From the NCBI GenBank assembly GCA_965644315.1, contig CBFFRQ010000089.1, positions 62,001 through 126,000 on the forward strand: a stretch of DNA of 64,000 nucleotides. The letters run 5' to 3'. The translations under genes were made by a program, and so were the position numbers. A model generated the notes under the pieces. It did not search any database, had not been told where the DNA came from, and saw nothing but the letters and a program-made list of their open reading frames with translations. Below, piece after piece: positions 55,051 through 64,000 of the stretch (its first letter is position 1; each line of letters begins with the position of its first letter). The DNA comes from Caecitellus pseudoparvulus (lineage: Eukaryota; Protista; Bigyra: Bicosoecida).

Positions 55051-58000
55051 ATGCCAGACTCCGCCGCCCGGCGAGGCGGCGGCGGCCCCCTGCGGCGGGG
55101 CGGCAGCGACCTCTCACGCCACAGCAGCCATCGCAGCGACCAGTCTGCGGCCAGCGGCGGCCAATCGGACGGCGGCGTGGAGCTGGGCGACCTGGCCAAG
55201 CAAGGCAAAAGCCACAGTTTGAAGGACATGGGCGCGTCTGTCGCCTCCACCAGCACAGGGCCAGGCTCCGCCGCAAGCGACGCGCCGTGCGTGGACAGCG
55301 TTTTCCGCAAGCCGCACAGGCCCGTCTCACGCGAGCCCCACGCCCCTTCCCCACAGGACGGCAACGCGGCCACCCCCCAAGCGCTCTGTGGCCCAGCGCC
55401 AAATTCAAATCCTGCGGCGCACGCGCGCTGACGTGGACGCCATGGCGGTGCTGGCGTTTCTCGGCGTGGCGCTCATGGTGCTGCAGCACGAAGTGGGCTG
55501 GGCCCTGAACACGCAGGTGGGCACACGGGGGCAGTTCTGCCCCCCCTCCACCGCCAACATCTTCCACCTGTCCGACGTGGAGGTGTTGGAGGTGCGCGCG
55601 GCGGCGGCAGCGGCGGCAGGCAACGACTCTTCCTCTGCGTTGGCGGGCGTCACGCTGTGTGACCCGCGCACCGCCGCCAGCATGTGGCCGCAGCGCAGGG
55701 GCGTGCAGGAGCTGGACGTCATTCGGGCAGGCATCACACTCACCACGCTGGGGGCGCTGGTCAGCCTGCTGCGTTTCTACAACGCACAGCTCGCCTTCGC
55801 CCGCACACGTGGCCTGGTGCCCTCCGCCACCACCCTGCCCACCTCCGACCTCTGGTGGGCGTTTCTCGCCGAGGCTGCGTTGTTGGCAGTGCACGTGTTC
55901 CCAGGTGTGAACCGTGTGGCCACTGCCGACGGCGGGCCAGTGCTGTACATCGTGCTGTGTCTGGCCATGTTCGGGCGCCTGTGGCTGGTGCTGCGCGTCG
56001 TGCGTTACCACTCCCGCCTCAACTCCTCCGACGGGCGTTTCATCGGGTCCTTGACCAGTGTCGAGTTCGACACGCCCTTCATCCTGAAAACCGTCCTGAA
56101 ACAGGCGCCTCTGCCCTTCATGCTGGTCAGTCTGGCCACGCTGCTGCTAGTGACTGCCTATGCGCTGGCCATGATTGAGAGCCTCACCTGCGCGTATTAC
56201 GCCGACCTCCAGTGCCAGCCCCTCAGCCTCCTGGACGCCTTGTGGCTGCTGGTCGTGACGGTGCTCACCGTCGGCTACGGCGACGTGGTGCCCTCCACCG
56301 ACGCCGGCCGCCTCGTCGCCATCCTCGGCGGCCTCACCGGCACCCTCATCACCGCCGTCACCATCGCCCTCACCACGGAGTACTTGCAAATGAGCCGCTC
56401 AGAGAGCAAGGTCGTCGCCTTCCTCAGCAAGCACGCCCTGCGCCAGCGCCTGCGCCACACCGCCGCCACGGTGCTGCAGGCGGCGTTTCGCGCCAGCAGG
56501 CTGCCTGATGCGTTACACGCCGCCAGCCACGTGGACGCAGATCCACGTGTGGCAGGCGCAGTGCTGGTGGCTGCGACGGCTTCCTGCGCTGGCGGTGGGC
56601 AGGCGCTGCCGTTGGCGCTGCGCCTGGAGTGTGTGCCGGGGGTGGAGGGGCTAGGGGGGTGTGACCCCCCCCACCACACCCCTCCCGCCATCGCCCCCCT
56701 GCCCAGCGCACCCCCCCCCAAGGGCACCAGCGCACGCGCCCCCCCTCCCCCCGGCACTCTCCTGCTCATGCAAGCACCAGTGCAAGTGCAGACGCTGCTG
56801 CAGCCTCTGGCGGCGTTGCTGGGAGGGGGCTCGGCACCCCCCCCCTCGTCCACCACCAAGGGGGGGGGTGCCTGGACCACCTCTGGGGCCCCTGCACCCC
56901 CCGCCCAGCTCACAGCGGAGCCGGACCCCGCCGCATGGGCGCAGGCGGCGGGGTCCGGCGTCGCAGCTGCCGCCGCCACCTCTGCTGCAGTGCTGGCCAG
57001 TTGGGTGGCTGGTTTGACGGCTGCTGCGTTGCCGTGGGAGGGGCGGCGTGACTCGTCCTCCCGCCGACCCCCTCCGCGTTTCCTGGTGCGGGGAACAGTG
57101 GTGCCCACACGGGGCCTCGGGTGTTCCGGCTGGTGCTGGGGTGTGTTCCGGTGCTGTGACGCCCCAGCTCGCGATGAGGCTGCCCTCGTCGCCGCAGCCA
57201 ACGCCGCGCTGACGCCGCACCTGGCGTCAGCCTTCACAGCCGCCATGGGGGGTGGGCCCACCCCCACCGCCTGTGCCCAGGGAGTCACCAGCGCCCTGGC
57301 CGCAGCGGCGCGCCTGCCTGCGGGTGCGGGTGACGTGGAGGAGCTGTGCGCAGCAGCGCCGTATGGGGGGGTGTTGGGGGGGGGTGGCGCCACCGTGCCC
57401 CCCGCCCTGCTCCTGCCCCTCCTGCGGTGCACCCCCTCAGCCGACGGCGCCCTGCTCCTGGCGCATCCGGGGGACGTCGCGGGGCCCAGTGTAGCGCAGC
57501 AGATCGGCGGCGCCGGTGTCCTGGCCCAGTTCAAAGCGGCCTGTGCCCATGCAGGGCTGCTGGCGGAGGGGGGGGGGGGCAGCCTGTCGCCCTCGGAGGC
57601 GCTGGGCACATCAAGTGCACATCACTTGCCTCCCCGGCGTGCCTCCAGCGGACAGAACGTGCTGGGGGGCGGCGGTGTGGCGCTGGCGTTTGACGCGGGG
57701 CTGGTGGGGGGGAGGGGCCAGCGGTGGCGGGGGGGGTCCGACCCCCCTCCATCCCCCCCCACGCCCCCGTCTCCCCCAGTCTGCTGTCCCCCCGAGGGGC
57801 GGAGGGGGACGCCAGCCCCTCCCCCCAGGGGGCCCTTCTTCGGCGCCTATCCTCCTCCCTGCGGTGGCTGACGTCAGGGGGGGGGAGCGACGAGGAGGAG
57901 GAGGAGGAGGGGGGTGGCGTGCCCCCCCCCCCCTCCTCCGCCGTGTCCCCCCTCCGCCGGGCCTCGGGCAAGGCCTCCTCCCGCTGGGGCCTGGCTGTGG

Positions 58001-59193
58001 CGGCGCCGTCATCTACCCCCACTGCGGCGGCAGGGGGGTCGGCACCCCCCCCTGCATCCGGCTCCGGCACCCCCCCTCCCGCACCCCTGGCAGCCCCCTC
58101 AGAGCACGTCGTGCTAGCCGTGGACCCCCGTGAAGTCACGGCCCGCCTGGGGTGCTGCTCGCGCCTGGGGCTCTGGTGCACGCTGCAGCGCCTGAAACGC
58201 ACCAGGGCAGCTGCCAGCGCTGACCTGTTCAGCACCCTGAACGCCTTTCGGCAGCTGCGACGTGCCGCCGCCTCGTTCGAGGGCAAGGACAGCGTCGACC
58301 GCCAGCTGACGTTGCTGGAGACGCTGGAGGTGAATGTGGAGGCCATCCAGGAGTCACTGGATGCGGTGGCGGCGTCAGTGGCCGCCAGGGGGGGCGGAGG
58401 GGGGGGCAACCCACCACCGCCGCCTCGTCGCCCGGGGCCACCCCCCCCCTCCGGCGGACCCGACGGGGGGGGTGGCCCCGGGCCCATGCCTGCTGTGCGG
58501 GACGTCACCGTCAGCACCGCCTCTGTGGGCGACTCCAAGTCGGGGCCGTTGCTGTCCCAGCGCACTCTCAGCGTGGACGATGGCCCTGCGCCGCTGAAGA
58601 GCACCCTGGCTCTGTTCGGGGGTCCTGCGGCGGGGGGGCGAGGTCACGCCCCCGCCCCCAGTGGCGGAGGGGGGCGTGGGCGCCGCTCCTCTGTCGCCGT
58701 CGCACTGCGACGAGCTCGCAGCAACCTGTTCGAGGGACTGACTGGCGCCGGCGAAGCAGAGGGCGGGGGCAGTGCTGAGGCGGATGTGGCCCTGCCCACT
58801 GCCCCCCCCTCCTCCGCAGGTGCAGGGGGTGAGGGGGGGGGTGACAGCACGCCTGCCTCACCCTCCCGCTTCCGGCGCCTGACCCGCGCAGCGCTGAGCT
58901 CCACCTCCGCTGCCACCATCATGACGGGAGGGGGGGGTGCCGGGTCGGTGGGGGGGGCCTCCCCACGTCGCCGCGACGCACCAGCAGCGCCACCCCGCCG
59001 AACCTCCGCCCCGGCGCCAGCGGAAGACCCAAGCATGGCGCGCCTGCTGGCCCTCGTAGGGGCACTGTCACACGACATGGCGGGGCTTTCGTCCAGCGTG
59101 GAGGGGGGCCTGGCCGCGGTGCGCCGTCGGCTTGACTCGCTGGAGGCTGACGTGGCGGACCTGCGCAACGCAGGCCGCACGCGAGAGGCTTGA
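55051..59193 (+). CDS. Small-conductance Ca2+-activated K+ channel-like (SK/KCNN family)
   Basis: Intron 55287-55356. S4 MFGRLWLVLRVVR, SK linker RFIGSLTSVEFDTPFILKTVL, filter TVLTVGYGDVVP, and CaM-binding-like LQMSRSESKVVAFL...AATVLQAAFR. Frame change near 57.7-57.9 kb within G/C homopolymers. Confidence 0.82.
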
Positions 59194-59299
59194 TCCCGGC
59201 ACAATGCAGCGACACGGTAGTGCACGCCCAGGGGCCATGGAAGTGCAGGGGTAAGGATACACTGGATAGCGCGAACTTCAGTGTGCGCCCGGTGCAGCC

Positions 59300-60346
59300 A
59301 TGCTCAGGCTCGCTTTGCGACGCCGTGAGGTGCGGAAACTGGTCCTGCCTCGCCTGCCGCCACGCGCTGCCCTGAGCACGGCAGCCATGACGGCACACGT
59401 GGCTGCCCGGGTGCTGAACGTGCCACTCAATGCCTCAGCGGCCCAGGTGAAGCAAGCCTTCATCGTCCTGGCGCACGAAACACACCCTGACAGAGGAGGC
59501 TCCGCAGCGGCCTTTGCCCGTGTGCGGGAAGCACACGACACGCTGCGCCAGCGCACCAGGCGGCCCGCTGCCAGCCACAATGACAAGGCGCCGCCCGACG
59601 AAGACGCCTTTTCCTTTGGCGAGTTGGGCCTGGCTGGCATGGTGCGTGCAGGGCGGCTGCAGGCGGCGCTGCAGTACTGGCAAGCACTGCTGGCGGGGGG
59701 CGGCGCAGTGGACCATGACACAGTCATTGGCGCAGTGGAACTGTACACTGCACTGCCGTCGGCGGGCGGCCTGCAGGCAGCGGCAGGGCATTTCAAGGAC
59801 CTGGCGTTGGAGGGGCGTTTCTCGGGGGGTGGGCGGCTCACCAGTGCTGCGCTGCTGACGCATGAACAGGGCGGCACAGGCGTGTCCACTGGCAGCGGCG
59901 GGGTGGCTGCCTCCGGCCCTGGTGGGCCCACCCCCCGCGTGCGCCGACCAGACGGCGTGCACACCCGTGGGCGTGCAGTGCCACCAGCCCGCAGGGAGCA
60001 TGCGGCGCACGTGGTGGAAGGTTGGGATGCTTGGGGGGGGGCACCCACGCCTGGGCCGGGCCTGGGGGCTGGGGCCAGCCAGAGCAGTGCAGAGGCAGGG
60101 GCCAGTGTGGAGCCAGTGCGGGGGCCTGGGCTGTGGGAGGGCGGCGACACGGCGTCAGGTGCCCGGGCAGCCTATGACGAGTTGCTGTGGGCGGCGGCGG
60201 AAGCCGAGGACATGGGCGTCGTGTTGAGCGCCATCGAAGACATGGCTGATTTGGGCATCAAACCTTCACTTGCGCTGTGCGAGGAGAAGCTGTTCACGTT
60301 CTTCCCCTCTCCGCAACGGGAGGGCGGCGGCGGGTCAACGCGGTAA
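59300..60346 (+). CDS. J-domain (DnaJ-type) protein, probably mitochondrion-targeted
   Basis: Arg/Leu-rich presequence, then VLNVPLNASAAQVKQAFIVLAHETHPDRGGSAAAFARVREAHDTL with the HPD motif. Confidence 0.8.
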   Translation: MLRLALRRREVRKLVLPRLPPRAALSTAAMTAHVAARVLNVPLNASAAQVKQAFIVLAHETHPDRGGSAAAFARVREAHDTLRQRTRRPAASHNDKAPPDEDAFSFGELGLAGMVRAGRLQAALQYWQALLAGGGAVDHDTVIGAVELYTALPSAGGLQAAAGHFKDLALEGRFSGGGRLTSAALLTHEQGGTGVSTGSGGVAASGPGGPTPRVRRPDGVHTRGRAVPPARREHAAHVVEGWDAWGGAPTPGPGLGAGASQSSAEAGASVEPVRGPGLWEGGDTASGARAAYDELLWAAAEAEDMGVVLSAIEDMADLGIKPSLALCEEKLFTFFPSPQREGGGGSTR

Positions 60347-60501
60347 CGCGGCGGCAGCGCAGTTCGCCACCTACACCAATTCAGCGCTGCACACGTAGCA
60401 CAGCGTGGCGCATGCCCCTGCTTCATGCGCACCAAGCTTTCCTTGCTGAGTGATTCCCCTCTCTAGCAGTCGTTGGGCCTGCTCGAAGCGCTGTGCAAGC
60501 C

Positions 60502-61352
60502 ATGGCGGCAGCGCAAGACACGCCCACCACTGGCTTGGCAGTCCTTCACCCAGTGCACGGTGCGTTACGCCACGAACGGGCGCAGGCCATGCTGAAGATG
60601 CGCCGCACCCACATGCTCGTATTGCCCCCCCACAGTGGAGGTGTGTCTTCGAGCCAGCAGCACGGCTGCGCCGGGTGCCGTCACCTCAGTCATCACCGGC
60701 CTGCTGGAAAGCAGCGACACGCCCATTCAAGCTGGTATGAGCCGGCACAGGGAGTGCACAGTGCTTTTATGCTGTGACAGACTCATGCTCTCCCACAGGC
60801 AAGCTTGACGTGAGCCAGGACGAGCAGCTGGCCCCGCACGTTGCGTGGGCGCATGTGGACTTGCCAGGTGAGCAGGGCGCCCGTTTGAGGACGCCACACA
60901 GTACAGAGTGCAGATCTAAGTCCCATCTGCCCTGCAGATGACGTGCCATCAAGTGGACTACCGACCTACCTCGCTGAATTCCACGTGCACGTGTTTCACC
61001 TGGACACAGTGAGTGTTTGGCATTCCTGGCGTTGGCGCTCGATTTCCGCAGCGGCACCTCGCCATGGCTTGCAGGAAGGCATGACGCACGAGGAGGCGGA
61101 CGGGGAGGACGCCGTATCGGCCTGTGCACAGTGGACTCTGCCCTCCTCCGACATGGTGGGGTTGTGGGACAGGTGTGTCGTCCTCGCTGCGTGGCGCCTG
61201 GCCGCGCAGTCAGACACGCTCCTCGCGCCGCCCGCCGCAGTCTTGTGCTGGAGCCTGGCATCAAGGCGCGCTTGCTTCACTCTGCCACCACTGGTCTGTT
61301 GTTCAGCTCTGCTGGCGTGGACACCTCCATCATCGCGTGGAACCGAGTGGTG

Positions 61353-61385
<33 letters not shown>

Positions 61386-62448
61386 ACCCTGTGCAAGGCC
61401 CTCGCCCAGAAGCTGGCGGTGCGCCTGAACCACCTCTTCCCCCTCGCCCAGCTGCTGGAGATCAACGCGCACTCCCTCTTCTCCAAGTGGTTTAGCGAGA
61501 GCGGCAAGCTGGTGCAGCGCCTCTTCCAGCACATCGACGAGTTGCTGGACGACCCGGACTCACTCGTCTTCGTGCTCATCGGTGCGGTGGCCTGGCCTTG
61601 TGCGACATTGCAGCCCCGCCACGCCCAGAACTGCCCCCCTGCGCCACCCCGCAGATGAAGTGGAGTCGCTCACTGCCGCCCGCAGCTCTGCGTCAGCGGG
61701 AGCAGAGCCCAGTGACGCGGTGCGGGTGGTGAACGCCTTGCTGACCCAGGTACGCACAGCCTCCCACCTGCACCCCAGCACTGTCCGCACGTGAACTCCT
61801 CTCCTCTCCGCCTTGCAGATTGACCGCCTTCGTTCCCGCCCCAACGTGCTGGTGCTCACCACCTCCAACGTCACACAGGCCATCGACGCCGCCTTCGTGG
61901 ACAGGGCCGACATCAAGCAGTACATCGGCTTGCCCGGGGCCTCCGCGCGGTACGCAGTCCTCGTGTCCTGTCTGCAAGAGCTCAGGCGCGTGGGGCTCTT
62001 GACCAGCACAGGGGCCGCGCCCCCCGCCTGGTCAGACCTGGCGCCAGCGTGGTGTGCGACGTGTGACGCGTTGCGCCCGGCCGACGCAGGCGGCGCGGGT
62101 GGGCCCACCACGGTGGAACACTTGGACGCGGCCGCACCACCTGCGTGGTTGCACCGCATGCGACAGGGGGACCTGGAGAGTTGCACCCGCTCCACAGGCC
62201 CAGCCGCAGGGCATGAGCCATGCTGGCTGTGGGTGGCTGCCGCCGCGTGGGCAGCGCACGGCTTGTCAGGCCGTGCGCTGCGGAAGCTCCCGTTTCAAGC
62301 ACACTCATTCCACGTTCAAGTGGCCGCAGCAGTGCCGGTGGAAGTCATGGCCGAGGCTGTCTTCCGTGCCGCACTGCACGAACAGGCTGCGCGGGAAGAC
62401 CTGACGCGGGACAGCAGCACAAAGCTGAAGGATGCCCTGGCCAAGTGA
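60502..62448 (+). CDS. PCH2: Pachytene checkpoint protein 2 / TRIP13 AAA+ ATPase (multi-exon)
   Basis: [51 protein letters not shown]|[21 protein letters not shown]|IDRL and [12 protein letters not shown]. Start codon approximate. Confidence 0.93.
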
Positions 62449-62473
62449 ATTGCACCCACCACCCGGGACGGAG

Positions 62474-63531
62474 TCACACCAGCACGCCATCATACACCAT
62501 GTCAACAAAGGAAGGGTACTCCAGCCTGCCGTCCGCCGTGTGGGGGAAGCGCTGGAACAACTCGCTGCACTCTGACAGGGTCAGCGGCACCCCGAGCTGC
62601 GCCAGCACCTTTCGACTGGAGGCAAGGTCCGTGGACCCTGTGCCCTCTTCATCAAAGTATCTGAACGCCCGCAGGAGTCTCTGAGGCTCCGTCTCCCGGG
62701 CATTGCGCTTTTGCTCGCACTTCTCTCGGATGATGCGGAGGAAGCGCTGCACGCGCTCCTCCGCTTTGGCATCGCCGTCCGCCTCAGGCACCTGCCACAC
62801 ACGCTGCAGCATGTCCACGAAAAATTCATCTGACGGCATGGTGCAGTGCAAGTCCGCGTAGTAGCTCAGGAAGTCGCTCTGCGCCACAGTGTCTGGCAGC
62901 CCGCATGCAAGGTGCGACGCGACGTCTTCGGCTGTCTTCTGCCCTGCTGCAACGTCTGGATACGCATGGGGATGGAATGCAGCCAGGACCTGGTCCCGGC
63001 TCAACGTGACAGAGCCGGGGTCAATGTCAGGGTTTGTAAACTCGTCATACAGGTGGCGCACGGCCAGGTGCTCCCACACCTTTAGCAGCATGCGCTCCCG
63101 TCTGGCGGGCAGCGGGGTTGTCAGCGCCGCCAACACCTCTGAGATGCACACGTGCCCCGTGCGGTCTGGGTCGTACACTCGCATCATGGCTGAAAGGTGG
63201 TGCTTGGTTAGGAAGACGCCTGCGAGCCACCGGGGTGAGACTGTGGCTTGCATGCGTGCTACAGCTCACCCAGCACACACGCACCCAAGTGAGTCAGCGC
63301 TTCATTCAGCTCCTCCTGGTCGAGAAGCCCACTGTCTGCGCATTAGGCCCTTGCATTGTGTGCTCGCTGTGCTGCGCTCTGGGCCTGCGCGGCAGACCCA
63401 CCTCCCACGTCAGCCTTGCCCAGCACTTCCTGCATGCGGCCCAGTCCCATGTAGCCTTTGACGAACAGATCCTGACGCACCGAGTCGAGGACGGCGCGAG
63501 TGACAGCCTGAGGTGAGAAAGCGTCTGCCAT
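62474..63531 (-). CDS. Calcyphosin-like EF-hand protein
   Basis: EF-hand loops YDPDRTGHVCISE and FDEEGTGSTD. Calcyphosin-like motifs RRERMLLKVW, YPDVAAGQKT and FLSYYADL...DEFFVDMLQRVW. First exon from ATG 63531. Confidence 0.78.
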
Positions 63532-64000
63532 GGCTCGGGGCTGCGGAAATCGAGCAAGTCAACCCGCCACGCGTGTGTTGCGGTTCGAGCTTGGCTCAGC
63601 CAGGAGGCTTCCGAATCCTTGCGCAAGCAATGTGGAAGACAGCCTTTGGTGTAAGTGCGCGGCTTGTTTGTTGAAGAGGGGAATAGCCAGCCACATCTCC
63701 TTGTGCGCCTAACGTTGAAGCATTGAACGGCAGCGAAGGGGCAGGGGGGGGGGGGGGGTTCCGCACCCCCCCCCTGACAAGTTCATGCTTCGACCGAGCA
63801 GTGGCGCTAGCGCCTCTCCGAGCGCCCAGCACCGCACCAGGTGCTCGCTGACATGACAACATCCACACCTTGCGAAACACTCCCCCACCCCATGTGCACC
63901 CTGCTAATGCCGCGGTCCGGAGAGGCCCAGGGGCCCTGTGAGAAGGCGAAGAATACACAGGGCGTGTCTGGGATTCTGAGGGGTGTTGGGGGGGGGGTGC

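Noticed and set aside
57560-57930. Programmed frameshift in the SK channel
   Set aside because: The many G/C homopolymers make a sequencing indel or a small intron more parsimonious.
1-64000. CRISPR arrays, rRNA/tRNA genes, prokaryotic operons, and virophage/Polinton genes
   Set aside because: No repeat-spacer arrays, structural RNA signatures, or capsid, pPolB or integrase motifs were seen; the genes carry spliceosomal introns.

Overview
GC-rich eukaryotic (protist-like) genomic DNA with short GT-AG introns of about 44-85 nt. The lineage cannot be fixed from sequence alone; a heterotrophic stramenopile is plausible. The window has two compartments. (1) 1-~24.5 kb is lower in GC and intron-poor. 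It holds only Golgi-type glycan-modifying genes and transposon relics: two inverted copies of an O-fucosyltransferase-like gene, an FkbM-type methyltransferase, a large fusion of GT2-like + GT47 (exostosin) + GT49 (LARGE-like) + GT64 domains, a second O-fucosyltransferase-like gene, a 2.4-kb degenerate hAT element present twice, and a decayed D-x-x-H-class DDE transposase. Bases 1-3852 and 6602-10454 form a near-perfect inverted repeat whose inner ends coincide with hAT termini. (2) ~24.7-64 kb is a higher-GC, gene-dense block. It encodes a coiled-coil protein, an OSCA/TMEM63 channel, a ~4350-aa cadherin-repeat surface protein, an NDK-like hypothetical protein, a NEMP-like protein, an SK-type K+ channel, a J-domain protein, PCH2/TRIP13 and a calcyphosin-like EF-hand protein. 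The best candidate for an undescribed system is the transposon-remodelled glycan-biosynthesis cluster built around the four-domain glycosyltransferase. All family assignments are by-eye motif recognition, not database searches.
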